A DNA stretch of 64,000 nt from Felis catus. Its lineage: Eukaryota. Position 1 is the first letter of the stretch; every line of letters begins with the position of its first letter. The stretch covers positions 237,896,001 through 237,960,000 of the forward strand of contig NC_058368.1 of NCBI RefSeq assembly GCF_018350175.1, given 5' to 3'. Of the stretch, positions 51,354 through 64,000 are shown one piece after another. The translations under genes were made by a program, and so were the position numbers. The notes under the pieces were generated by a model. It made no database searches and was not told the DNA's origin. It saw nothing but the letters and a program-made list of their open reading frames with translations.

Positions 51354-51489
51354 ACTGGAGCCTTGTGATTTTAAACCCAGGGTCCTGGCAGGGCGCTGGC
51401 ATCCCCCGTCCACAGCGGCCTGCTCCCGGACGGCACCCGCGCCCACGGCCACATCCGCGACACCTGCTTGGGCCCACGGCCGCCCAAAC

Positions 51490-52260
51490 ATCTTTCAGTT
51501 TTTACCTGTTCAACAATTTTGAGAAAAGAATACAAACTCAGCTAATCCGAGAATATTTTTACCGACTTCATCATTCCCATCTTATTAAAGCTTACATGGC
51601 TCACTTTTTAATCAAATGGTATATTAGTTTAATAAAAAAAAAAGTGCTATTCATTCTCTCCCTCCAGCATTGACACACTGTTTTTTTTAAGAACCTATAT
51701 TTCTCCCTTTATATTTGATAGGGCTACCTATAATAGATTCTCCGTGTGGATGCATTTATAATTAATTACTTTTCCTCTGCGCGGATGGCCTCTCCCCTCC
51801 CCAGCTTCCACCTGATCGCCTGTAGTGCTGGGCCGGCGTCTTTCCCCCTTCCTTCTCCTCTGGCTTTCGGGGGTGGCCTCGCCAACCCTCAGGTTCCCAA
51901 TACATGGGGGAGGGGGATTGTTTCAATGACCCCAAACTACAGAGGAGCTCAAACATGTAATATTTGGTTTTGTGGCAAATTGTAATGTAAAAATCACATT
52001 AATTGAGACTTTGACTTCTAATTTTCAGGCTATGGTACATAAAGTTTTCTGGAAATCCAGCACTGTATGTGGTGAATCTAGAATATTGTGTTTCCTTTAT
52101 AAAGGAGCTCTCCCGCCAGTTCACTCTTCCTGCCTGTCTGCTAAACCAGGACCTGGAACCTTCCAAGCTGGAGTCGCCTGAAAGCGAAATCGTGGATTTG
52201 TATATTAAAATATTTGTATTCTAAGCGTTCTGCTGACGGAGACTGGGTTTCCCCAAAATA
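51490..52260. promoter_or_regulatory. Candidate conserved non-coding element(s)
   Basis: Long non-repeat AT-rich island with atgcatttataattaattac, cacattaattga and taatcc motifs. Confidence 0.35.
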
Positions 52261-55117
52261 TATCGAACAGAGGGGGGCATCTACTGCAGTGTGCTGGCCT
52301 TGCCAATATTAAAACCAGACTTGTTTCTATCAGTATGCACTAACCCCCGCCCCCGCCCCCGTCAGGTGGTCAGGCAGACCCGGTGGAAACAGAAGCCACC
52401 CCCTGGGGGTGTGCAGACCCAAAGCACTGAGTGACCCCCTAGCGGCCTGCTCTCTGGAAGGAGATGGCTGGCGGGTGGGGCCTCATTGTCAGTGTGGGGC
52501 TGGGTCTCCGCTGGAGGCCCCAAGGCTTGTCCTGTGCCGACGTCGTGTCGGGAGGCTGGGGAGGCCCCTGACTCGGGCTGAAGGCCTGACGGCGGAAGGA
52601 AGAAGTGTCTCCTGTAATCTAGAGCCGCCTGTCACACCCCTGACACAGCCTCAGCCCATCTACACTGCTGCTCGGTTCTGGATGAAATCAAACAACCGGT
52701 CATTCTAGCCAACGCTGGTTTGAAGGAAAGCACAAATTTCCCACTTGTGCGTGATTATAATGACAAACGTAACTCAGAAAAACTAAGAGCGTTCTCAGTC
52801 TATTAAGAACAAAAGGGAAAAAAAAAACTGCCAAGGACTGAGTCTTAGATTATGGGGAAAAATCTGCTAGAGTCTTCTAAGCCTAGACATTGCTTGTAAC
52901 CAAGTAGCCTCAACTCATCCCAGACCCCTCTCTCTGTGGTGATTCCGGACTTCCCGCCATGCCTGGGAGGCGTGCTGAGGGGGCGCGGGCTGGTCACCGT
53001 CCCTGGGCCGACACCCCTGGGTGCCTTCCTCGCCGCAGGGAAGGGAGCAGGGTCTGGCCGCGGAGTGTCCCCCTGGGCTCACAGGACACATGGGACAGCC
53101 GGGTCTGGACTCGGGTCCTCTCCTCTCCGAGCGCTGCCAACCCAGAAAGATGAGAGGAGAACAGAGCTGGAACCAAGGAGAATAAAATTTTCTGTACAAA
53201 CAGCGAACGGTGTTCCAGTCCAGGGAAGGGACTTCCGGGGGCGGGGAGTGGCCTCAGAGCCTAAGGGTGGGTCTGGGAGAACAGGAGCGTCTTGGCCAAC
53301 ACCAGCCTCGGCAGCCCCCTGGGCTCACGATGTCCCTTCGAAGTCGTGGGTCTCCCGGTAGGCGCCTCTGGGCGAGCAGGCCACTGGGCGGGCAGCGGGA
53401 AACAGGCAGAGGTGTGTGGGGCCCCCCGATGGCGTGCCTGAAGCCCCCTGGAGGCTGACCGTGACCGTCCCGCTCCCGTCTCCATGGAGCTGCCCGTGTC
53501 CTTTCAGGGAGAGCGGTGCCCAACCCCCCCGTGTGACTGCGGGCCAGCCCCATGAGTTACAGGGAGACAGGTGCACAGTTCTGCTCCACGTGGTGTCCCG
53601 GCCGCCAAAGAAACCGGTTCCGCCGGGTCAGCCTGATCCCTGGGCGGTTCTTCCCGCCCTGCTGTCCTGCGGGCGAGGACGGCGTGCCCCGCATGCCGGG
53701 ATCTGAATGCGCAGCCGGCCCCTGCTCCTCTTGGGTGCTGGCTGGGCCCCAATGCCAAACCAACAGCGAGGCTTCCGTGATGCTCCCTCTGCCTCCCCCC
53801 CGCCCCGGCCCCCGGAAGCACAGCCGGCGTCGTTACGGCCCAGGTTTCCGGTCGGAGGGCACCGTGGTAGGGCCTGGCCCACCACTGAGGCCATGACCCT
53901 CCAGGAACTTGACCAAGACGTCTGGGGGGTGGAAGCTGGCCTGGAACCAGACGCCCCCGGCCGGCACCCAGCTCCCCTCTTCCCAGCAGGCCTGTTTCCG
54001 GGGGACACAACGAGACCCGAGTTCTGACACGTCTGCTGCTCTTTGTACCCCCTTTCCAAGAAAGCAAGGCTGGCTGTGGGTCTGGGACCCGCCAGCTTCG
54101 AGTCCGAATGCAGCAGGGAGCCGGCCTGCTTCAGGGGACGCTGCGCGGGGAGTGGGTGCCCGGCTGGCAGTGGAGACGCCCGGCCCTCGTGTTCACCCCC
54201 TGCCAGGCCGTCCTGCTGTGAGTCCCCCTCCGGGGGACTATCGGGGCAGCAAGGCGTCCCGCGCTCAGGGAACAAAGGAGACACAGTCTTTCCCGTCAGC
54301 CTGCCGTCGCCAACACCCATCGAGCAGGAATCTTGCTGAGCTGAGGAAGAAGCGCCTCCTGCCTTTTCTTGGTGAAACTGGGGTCCTTGCCTCTCGAGCC
54401 CCTGCCCGGTCCCGCGACGGGTGTGGGGCGGGGGTCCTGAGCTCCCCGGGCGCTCCGTGAACCCTGGGCCCTCGCGGGTTTAGCTACGTGACCCAACTGA
54501 GCCGTGTCTGTGTGGCCCCCGGGGTTACTTCCAGGAAGACGTCTTCTCTGAAACACCCCGTGGTCTGCCGTGAGAGGTGAGAGGGCGCCTTCTGATGACA
54601 CTTACTCTCAGACACCGGGTGAGTCCTACTGACAGGAGGACATGTGACCCACACCTGATTGCTGCTGGCGCGAAGGAGGGCTGGGCGTTTCTCTGAAGTC
54701 CCCGAGTGTCCTCGGAGACCTTCCCTTAACTATTTACCCATTTCGGATGGTTCCCCAGGAAAACCGCTACATATCTCTGGACGCGAGGAGGCTTTTGTGT
54801 GCCGTCCACTCTCTTTGCCTCGTGCTCTAGCTGTGGGGCGGGGAGTCCAGGGCGGTGCGGTCGGTGCCGAACCCAGGACGCTGGCTGACGATCCCAGCCG
54901 CCAGTCGCCTGGTGCAAATTCCACCACGGGGCGTTTGCTAGTCCAGAATGTGGACACGTGAGCGGCCATCTAGATGAAAACACCTCCTCCGGCCTCCCCA
55001 GGGCACCGGGTACAACTGGAATGTCCAGACACCCCTTACGGTCCTGGCAGGCTGTGGAATGTTCCAGGTGCTCTCAGGCATGTGGGAAAGCGTGTCCGGG
55101 TGAGAGTGGCCCATATG

Positions 55118-55118
<1 letters not shown>

Positions 55119-55158
<40 letters not shown>
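55119..55158. repeat. (CA)n microsatellite
   Basis: About 19 perfect CA units. Confidence 0.95.
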
Positions 55159-55160
<2 letters not shown>

Positions 55161-55789
55161 AACCCATGAGTCAGTTTGGAAGTGAAGAGTGTCCACCTCC
55201 CCGAGAGGCGTTCACAATCCCGAGTCACCGCCACCCTGAGGCCTCGTGCTGGGCTCCGTGGACGGCACGGGGCTGGGTCCCCCGCACGCCAGCAGAGCCC
55301 TTCCCTCCTTCAGCCTGGTTCGCAAAGCGCGTGTGCAAGGACCCTCCGCGTCCCCTTGTGCGCGCGCCTCTGTCCGCACGCGTGCGCGCCTGTCTGGGCG
55401 CTGTCTCCACACGGGCCCTGCCGCCAGCACGGTGAGGGCCCTCAGCACACAGGGGGTGCGTCCCACGCCCCGGGAGTGCGTCCACGCGTTCAGCCACGGC
55501 ACTGACTTGTGACGTATTTGATGTTTATCCTGGACCGAGGGTCTCTGAGAGGATGCTGTGAGATCCCCCGGGGCACCTCCTCTCTGTGGGAGAGATCGTG
55601 CAGAGAGGCTGCCCTTTCTCCTTTCGCTTTGGGTGTCTCCATCACAGCAAGAAAATAGGAAAAGTTTCCTGCCTCCCGAGAACAGGCTGAGCATTGTGAG
55701 AAGAAAGCGTAGGTAGATGTGGATTAGCAAGCAAAACTGTGTCCTGTTCTGAAGAGCTGTTGATTCCACTTGACTGTGTCGGATTGTGA

Positions 55790-56100
55790 AAAACGCTGAC
55801 ATTGTGTGTGACTATTCATTTTCGTCACCTGCTCTTGATTAATCCCGTTCTAAATGGCATCTGTAGACCCTGAAATCTCATACTACTTAATTAAATTAGC
55901 GACACATTTCTCTCCCCCGTTTCCCTATCAAAGGGTTGTGCTCAGGAGAAATGAAACCTTTGTTCCCCGCTCTCCGTATAATTTACACTCTCTTCTCCCC
56001 TTTCTCATCCAGCTCCTGGCTCAGATGCTAAATTGTAGCTGGTAATAGGGAGCTATTAGGTTTAGTGAAGCATGTCGAAGAAGCAGCCAGTGGAGGCCTT
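55790..56100. promoter_or_regulatory. Candidate enhancer with paired-homeodomain P3, TCF/LEF, Sox and K50 sites
   Basis: TAATCC 55840, TAATTAAATTA 55888-55898, ATCAAAG 55927, CTTTGTT 55958. Confidence 0.4.
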
Positions 56101-57299
56101 GCTGAAAGGGGCCTTCGGCTCCCGTGAAATAACAGGCTCAGGAATCCCGGGTCCAAATTGTTCAGGACGGCTTTGTACCGAAAGTCACACTTTTTGAACT
56201 AAAACATTTGACCCCTATCAACCAAGGGGAGAAGAAAGCCGCTGGTGAATAGAGAGACAGGGAGGGCCCGGCTAGCGGTCAGACCTCCGTGCTCCCAGCG
56301 TGGGAGCTGAAGACAGGCCGTTCACGGGGCGCCGCCGGACCGGATGGGTCAACGTGGAAGAGGCTTCGGTCCTGAAATAATAAGCTGACAACTAGAATAA
56401 TTACGAATGCTTTCCAGTAGAAAATTCTAGATGCCTGTGATTATCAGCCTTGGGGACTTCGAGTGTGAAACAGGCACCGACAGCGTCTTCTGTGTCTATG
56501 TCTGGAAGACAGCTCTGATTTTGTTGACATTGCAAGTGCTGACTCCCGTGTTTTGAATGCGCTGGACCATCGACAGACCCGCGGATAATATTACACAAGG
56601 CAATCACGCTCCTTTGCATGGCTTTGGCCCAAAGGGAAGACACAGTAGAGCCCCGGCTTTTGCGCACTGACCTTTGGGGAAGCCGCGTCACGTGCAGGGA
56701 ACCCTACAAGCTCCTGGATCCCGGCCCAGGGCTGAGGCACGCGTGTGTGAGCAGGTGGCGGTCTGCCACTGACCCTGGCCCTGCTGATATAGTCCGTGTA
56801 GATCCACAAGTGACCTGAGGGCATTTGTTGTCGTGTTGGCTTCCCACGTGTCCGTAGCCAGTGAAGTGCACCTGATTCTCGTGAGTCTGACACAACGGGG
56901 TTGACATTCGAGTGAATTGTAGGAGGCCTTTTGTTTTCTTCAGCAGAAGCACGTCCCTCACTGGCAAGCGAGCCCTGGCACTCTCCCCTTGCTCGTGCAG
57001 GCACGCACAGACACGCCCGGGCCCTCACCTTCCCTACTGGCGAGAGGAAGACAAAGGATGAGGTCCCGACTGAACCAGCCAGGATGGTTCCGTAAAACTG
57101 TGCACGATCGCAATGTAGAAAGTGTGGGGAGGTGAGGAGTTACACTTTAAAGGCACGTCTATGAAATTAGGGGCCCGAGCCTAATCCCTCTCACGGGAGA
57201 AATCAGAGCGCCTCGGGGTCAGCCACCAGCCACGTGTGCACACTCACCGCCACCTGGTCACCAAGCAGCAGGTCGGGTTCCCGCACGATCCAGCCCGGT

Positions 57300-57535
57300 A
57301 GGAAGAATTACACAGCATCACTCTGTCGTAACGTGATTACGCCGATCGTGCTAATGATCAAACATAATTGATCACATGACAATGAGATCATTACTGGTGG
57401 ATTAGCGGGCAAATGATGAACGCAAATAGATTTTTTTTGGAAGCACCTTACACTACACCAACTCATTCTCATTACGCATGTCAAAAATGTCCTCATTCAT
57501 TACTTCAAGTCACAAAAGCAATTGACAGGCAGGAA
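57300..57535. promoter_or_regulatory. Candidate conserved non-coding element
   Basis: AT-rich island with ctaatgatcaaacataattgatca, acaatg, ggatta and aattgacag. Confidence 0.3.
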
Positions 57536-59434
57536 CCCAGCGAGAGTTGTGGGCTTGAATACGCCCCAGGGGGCAGGTAGAGGAGTCACACGGTGTGGGA
57601 CGGAGCCCTGAGAAACGGCTGAGGGCCAGACAAGAGAGGGTGGGGACTTTGCAGAGGGGTGGCGGGAAGAAAGGCAGAATCTCGGAGTCCCAGCCCAGCT
57701 GCCCAGCAGGCGCACTCACTCCAAAACGCTCTACCTGAAGGGGGACGGCAGAGATTCATGGAAGTCGGTGGCCTCACTATGAGTCATGAGATGAATTCCA
57801 AGTTCCAGATACTGTGCTAACTCAACCCGCTCTGCAGAGATGAGGGTGTGGTATTCAGGTGGGCTGACAGGTCCTCCAAAGGACCGGGAAGAGTTGAGAC
57901 AAAGCCTGGAGGGAGGCCACCAGCACCGAGGACCCACCAGCAAGGGAGTCTGGGGTCCGGGTCCAGGTCAGAAGGTTCTGGTCAGCGGAGACGGATGTGG
58001 GTGTAGACAGGAATGTCCCTACCACACCGACAACAAAGAATTCCATGCTGTCTAGTCCAGCAACTTCTCTGACAGATTCCTATGCGTGACCCCAAAGGTG
58101 ACTGCGTTTCCCGCACAACAGAATAAGGTGTCTCCTTCACTTTTCTTTAGGGAAATGTGGCACGGGAACACCTGCTTACTCAGAGAACTCCTGTGTCCTT
58201 TCCTCATCTCCGCGCGACCCCTTGCCACGATGCCGTGGTGACGGTTCTCCTGCATCACGACGTGGGCTCACGTTCCGTGGGTGGCCCGACGCCTCTGCCG
58301 GAACCCACCTCTGTGAACCCCGCTTTTCAATCTGCTGGTGAGACGTACACGCGCTACTACTGAAACTGATTTTGCTAATTTCTTCTTATTAGTTTCTAAA
58401 TATTGATCTCGGCAACTCGAGGCCCCCCCCAGCACCTCCAGCCCTCCCGTGGCAGCCGTGGCAGCCGCTGCTGGCGATCTGGGCCCCCCAGGACGGACGC
58501 TGCAAAGGCCCTTCTGGCTCCTTCCGTGCCTCATCCAACACTCCCTGCAACGGACACAATGGGGCACGCCACTCGTCTCAAGAAAGCCGGGCAGGGGTGG
58601 GAGGGATAAAACAAAACACTGCTAAATTAAAAAAAAATTATAAACCTCAATATCCCCTGAAGGCAGCCATTCATTCTGTTTCCACTCACCTACAGCTAAT
58701 ACGATCTTCTATGACGGTTCAGCGGCTCCCAGCCCTGAAGGACGTCATGAGAAGTTCTTATAAATCAGAGCCGCCATACTTGGCCCCAGTCTGTCTTGTA
58801 ATCCCCCCAAGAAAGGAGACTCAGCATCTCAGCACCCCTTCCTGAGCGCTCACTCTCAATGCAGCTGGCCCCTGGCTTATTGTCACTTCTCAAAGTCAGA
58901 TACAGTCACTAAAGACACCTTCCAGAATCTTCCCAGCAGGAGTCGATCCGGTGGCCTCGGGGGCGGGGGGGGGGGGAGAGCTGTGTCAGGTGGGCCTCTG
59001 GGTCCAGTCCTCTGGGCCTCCAGCCAGTGAGGATCGTCAGCCTTCCAGCTAGCCCTTCCTGTGCCGTGTACTCACCATCCCAGCCACAGAGCTCGGAGGA
59101 GGGGAGGCTCCCGGAACGCTGGCCGATAGCCGCCCCCAGACCCGCCTCCTCACCTAAACACCCAGACCCGCTGGTGTTGGGGAACCCGGGCCCCCCAAGA
59201 CCCACTGACTTGTTCCCGCCTTGGATGGACAGCCCACAGCCACACTGTGCTGCAGGCTGGAGTCGGAGGGGCCCGGTCACAGGCCAACTGGGGCCAGGCG
59301 CTGGTGCCCCGCAAATCCAGTGGAGGCAGGGGACCTCCCGCCTCCTCCTTTCAGCTCCGCCAGCGCTCTGTGCACTAGAGGGGCTGTGGGTCTCTCCCCC
59401 TGGTGTGGGAGGGAGGTTGGAAACCCCCAGGGAC

Positions 59435-59740
59435 GACATAAAGTCAATTTATTCATAAAAAGGCGATGTATTACGATAAGATTCAGATTTTCAATTGAAT
59501 GCCGTAAAGGGAAGTTTTAAAAGTCACATATAATTTGATTTAGTAGGGTCGCTTCCCCCGCTCAGCGAGAAAATGGGAGCAGACGGAAGTGTGGTCTTCA
59601 TTTAAATGTCTTCATATGAGAGATGACGTGTGCCATCCATCTCCTGGGGGACAAGGAGAGAGGGCAGGAATTATCGACGCTGGGTAGCCACAGGACTATA
59701 AACAGGGAAATTGAAGGCCATACCTAATTGACAGGGCCTG
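59435..59740. promoter_or_regulatory. Candidate conserved non-coding element
   Basis: AT-rich island with cataaa x2, taatttgattt and ctaattgacag, next to a CpG-rich block at 59800-60100. Confidence 0.3.
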
Positions 59741-62700
59741 TCCCTTACCGTGGGAAAGCCCGCCCTCTCCCCCCGCAGGGAAGGGGCGCGTCACCAACGC
59801 AGCGTTGCTGCGGAGAGGTAAGCAGCGGGCTCACACCCCAAATGCCTACTCGGCCGTGAGCCCGGCGGTGGCCGGCTCGCCACGGCGCCTGGGGGCCTCT
59901 GACGACGTCTGCAGCACCGAAGGGAGAGGCCGCATGCCGGCCACACACGCGGTGACGCGACACGGAGTGGAACGCGGAGGGGGGCGGAGGCCCAGTGGAC
60001 GCGGACGCGGCGGACACTGAGCCTGCGGCCTCCTCGCCGCCCTCTTCGGTTTCCTGCCACGCGGCCTCGGGGACGAGGGGCCGGTACCTGCGAAATCAAC
60101 ACGTGAAGTTGCAACAGCAGGTGCAGGCGGGCTCTTACATCACATCGTTCTCCGGAAACGTCTCTCTTTTCTCCCACACCCACGTGTGTGGGCTTTTGTG
60201 GATACATCTGTCCTCAGACGGCAGGGTGGGATGCCGCCCAGATTCAAAGGCTCATGGGCCTTTTCCGTACCCTGCCCGCGTCAGGTTCGGCAGAGGAGGG
60301 GTCAGCGACAACCGGCGCGGGTGCCCTCCATGCCATCACACCAAGGCCTTCGACCCCAGTGTCCCATCCAGGAGGCTCCCACGGTTGCCGGCAGGGAGAT
60401 GGCGGGGTTGGGTCGTCCACGGAGCTGGTCAGCGACTCAGCGGACTCGCAGGTGGGACAGCGGGCGGTTAGGTGGAGACACACGCGGCTGGGGACAAGGT
60501 TCGGTGCACGTCACGGGTAGGGCATCCACCGCCTGGTCCCCGGCAGAACGGCCCTGCCTCGCCCTGTTCAAAACACTCGCCGCTGCCCAAGCAGGCACGC
60601 GGGACACGTTCAAAGCCATCTAAGTGATGTGAGTGGGGACACGGGTGAAGTAGGCTGAGATTCAAGGAGCCAGTTTTAGGACCCAAGAAGGTAACGGCCC
60701 GCATTGGCGACTTGTCGAAAAAGACGGGCTTGTTTCGATTGCAAGCTTCACACGATGTCCTGTGCTCAGAAATGTTTGCGGCCCCTTGAAGCCACGTGGG
60801 CTTCTAGACAGCGTGAGCAGGCTCACAGACGGGTGACAGGGCTGGACCTGGGGTGGGCCTGCACGGGGGGGGCCCTTGCCCCCTTGCCATCACGGCCACA
60901 GGCGCCCCCTGGGACCAAGAAGCCAGGGCAGGACCCCAGACCGGGCACCATGCGGATGGAGGGAGCGCTGACTTCTCAGCATCCACCGGGCTCCGTGGAC
61001 AGGTGACTGGGACCCACCGGCATCCCAGCTCAGCAGGACAGAGTCCAGGCAGCCCAGACACAAAGACCAGGAGGGGAGCTGGCTCATGACCAGGACGTGC
61101 CCCTGGCATCTAACAAGGGTAGCGGGGACACTGGAAAAGGGGTACAATCCTTCTTCCTGAGTGAAGGTTACCGTAACTTCCACTTTATTGACGACTGTGG
61201 GCTACGTGAATAAATAACTAATAAAAATGAAAAGAACCACGGGCTCTTGCCCACCCGACCCCCACTTTCCCATCTTCAGAAAAATCACACCCAAGAGGAA
61301 ATTGCCAAGGAACAGGGAGCCTCCCGTCGGTCTTGCACAGATTCTCAGGGGGGGTTTCTCCCTCCTGGAGTCTGCCTTGCCACTGAAACAGCTCATCACA
61401 CATCCGTGGAAGAATTCTTTTTATAATTAATATGTTTATCAAGCCAAGCCTCATAGTGTAGGGTGATGATTGAGTACGGGTCGGAATATGAAATGTTATG
61501 AGTGCAGGCATAACCTTCATTACACAAAGACCATAGGTTCATGAAGCCCTGGGATGCTGTATCAGACCGATCCTATCTGCATCAATAAATCAAAAGTCTT
61601 CCCATCGAATTGGCTCTTCCTACCTGAGTACCTTTGGTGGTGTTTCATTCCATGTATTCTCAGACTCATCAGAGAATTAAGGGACAGTGATTGATTCTTA
61701 ACCAAAGCCTATCAACTACAGTTAAAATTTCATCATTTTCACATTAATTAAAGTGCATCGTGACCCATTTTCTTTTGCACACGGCGAGTGGGGCACCTCC
61801 GAGCTTTGGAAAAGCAAACCTACTTGAAATAAAGCCCTGGCTCCAAAGCATTTTAATCCCCAGGAAACAATCACAAACTACTAAGCACAGAGTGTTGGGA
61901 AATTGTGGAGGAAGTTCACTCTCCAAAACACGCACACACCAGGTGGGGGCTTCCAGCGTCATGGCGGGCCGCAGTGGGGTGTGGCTCAGGACGTCTTGAG
62001 CCACAATCTCTCACACACAAGAAATGACCCATTTTTAGGCAATACTGGAAAAGCCCCAATATACTGAAAAAAAAGGGTTAAGAACATTGGAACTGGCTCA
62101 GGATATACCTAAAGTAACCCTTGATTTTCTCATCCACAGTCCTGGAACACATCGTGTCTGCCTGACAATCATTTCCTCTGTAGAAGGTCTGGAGGGAGGG
62201 ATTAAGGGGGATTTAAAAAATATAGGTCATTTCTTGAATTTATACAACTCCTATGTTGGCTTAAAAATATAAGGAAAAGGAAGATTAGGCTTTAAAGGCA
62301 ATACTTTATTAGTATACAAAATAGTACACATACATAAACACGCACATACATATACTCTGTCTACATCTATGTACATAATATACAGGCTGAGTCCATCCCT
62401 GACCGGGACTCGCACCACACCAGCCCAGAAACTCAAAAAGAAGTATAATTGATACTGTGGATCTCCCTGAGGCCTTGATAAAAATTTTTCAAAGCAGTAT
62501 TGGATCGTCAGCTGCACCATCACATCTCAATACCAACCACTTTATCTCAAGATAAGATGAGGAGAAACTTCCTAGGATGGTTCTTGTGTAACTACTAAAC
62601 GATATAAATTATATTTCCCGAGTATTTGAGAATTGACCGGCCCTGACTAGACTTGTTCAGTCTCATTTTTTTCCTGATGGACACAATAATTAAAATAATA

Positions 62701-63404
62701 ATCTAAGCCTATCTTCTGGACTGTTGATCCCACGAACCAGAAAATGTAACTGGAACATAACTTAATAATTGTCATAGGAAAGCACTAAATTGGACAAAAA
62801 AAAAAAACCTGGTTTTTACTCATCCTTACAGGATGGGAATATGTAGGTAATATCCTCCCCCAATGTTTAAAAATTGCGGAGAATCCTGTCAAAGTAAATG
62901 TATGAATAAAAACTGTAAAATTGAAATAAGCCTAAAATTTGGCAGAAACGACCTTAAAGTAGCTGGAGTCTGACACTGACTCGGGAAGACAGTAATGGGA
63001 AATAGAGACACACACTCTGCAACCACTTCTGCGACACTGGATTTGATGCATTAACATTGGCAACTCTTGTATACCTTGTCATGCCAATAACATGATTGAA
63101 ATTGAAATTCATTCCACTTTGGTGCTGGTAGAATCACTTTTAGATATGAATTTAAGGGTGGAATTAGAAACAGTAGGGGGTTGTGTGTAACTAGGACCGT
63201 CTATAGGAAGAAGGCATTTCTTAGAGTCTGAAATTAAGGGTTTTGTTCACTTTTCATAATGAAGGATGAACTCATCACCCAGCCTCCTGAGTTCTCATTT
63301 TCTCCTCTGGCTAGAAGCCCATGTCACTCAGTTGTTCCTCTGTGAATGATAGTAAGGATGTTGGAAATATCCAGAGCAGTGAGGAGATCTTTTCAGGAGT
63401 GGGA

Positions 63405-63575
63405 ATGATGACGGTGATGGTGGTGATGGTGATGATGATGGTGGTGATGGTGATGGTGTTGTTGGTGATGACGGTGATGGTGGTGGGGGTGGTGGGGGAG
63501 GTGATGGTGATGATGAAGAGAGTGGTGATGAAAAAAGCCGGTGACAATGGTGATGGTGGTAATGGTGGTGCTGAT
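63405..63575. repeat. (GGT/GAT)n trinucleotide simple repeat
   Basis: gatgacggtgatggtggtgatggtgatgatgatg... Confidence 0.95.
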
Positions 63576-63582
63576 CACCGCG

Positions 63583-63790
63583 ATAGCTAATGTCTAATGG
63601 GTCTTTATCACATGTGAACTTGTACCAAGCACAGTTCTAAAGGCTTTACATGTATTATCATCTTTGATCTACCTGAAATCCCTATAAGGTAGAGACCATT
63701 ATTATTCTTGTTCTACTACAGAGAATATTAAGATTTCAAAGATTATAAAAAGTGCTTCAGGACACTCCAGAATCTGCTTTTATCCACTCC
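63583..63790 (-). mobile_element. MIR remnant, antisense
   Basis: atagctaatgt...gtaccaagcacagttctaaaggctttacatgtattatcatctttgatct...ccctataaggtagagaccattattatt...tacagag is the MIR core read antisense. Confidence 0.8.
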
Positions 63791-64000
63791 ATCTCCATAG
63801 CGTTGAAACAGAAAAAATGTGAATAACGGAGCTTAAGCCTCCGACGCCGCCCGCGTTTTCAGCCGGTGGCACGTAGTTCATCCTCACTTTCACCATGGGT
63901 CACTGTGCCCTCAGGTAATTTGCAGAGATGAGAGGTGCCATGCGTGCTCAAGGCCACAGCAGGCACATCTGTCAGGGACACTATCCCCTGCCCTCTCCTA

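Noticed and set aside
57508..57518. agtcacaaaag, identical to part of mature miR-153
   Set aside because: The seed (ttgcat) and the complementary hairpin arm are absent, so this is a chance 11-mer.
63311..63590. Poly-His, poly-Thr/Ile and Val/Met ORFs
   Set aside because: They are translations of the (GGT/GAT)n repeat.

Overview
This is mammalian genomic DNA, almost certainly from a felid (domestic cat or a relative), because it carries six carnivore CAN-SINEs of the feline SINEC_Fc type. It is GC- and CpG-rich like a subtelomeric region. I could not support any protein-coding exon, RNA gene or prokaryote-type system. The ORF track is explained by high GC, simple repeats and SINEs. The window reads as intergenic or deep-intronic sequence with three components. 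(1) Interspersed repeats: CAN-SINEs (five with target-site duplications), old L1 fragments, MER58B, MLT1B, L2 and MIR remnants. (2) Many simple and tandem repeats. (3) About a dozen sharply bounded, non-repetitive AT-rich islands with homeodomain, Pbx-Hox/Meis, Sox, TCF and POU motifs, resembling conserved non-coding enhancers of a developmental regulator outside the window (locus not identified). The most notable observations are a Pbx-Hox + Meis motif cluster at about 7.1-7.5 kb, a four-unit E-box array inside a CpG-rich block at about 32.8 kb, and strong AT-to-GC drift of ancient repeats consistent with GC-biased gene conversion. Repeat family calls come from remembered consensus sequences, not from a search.
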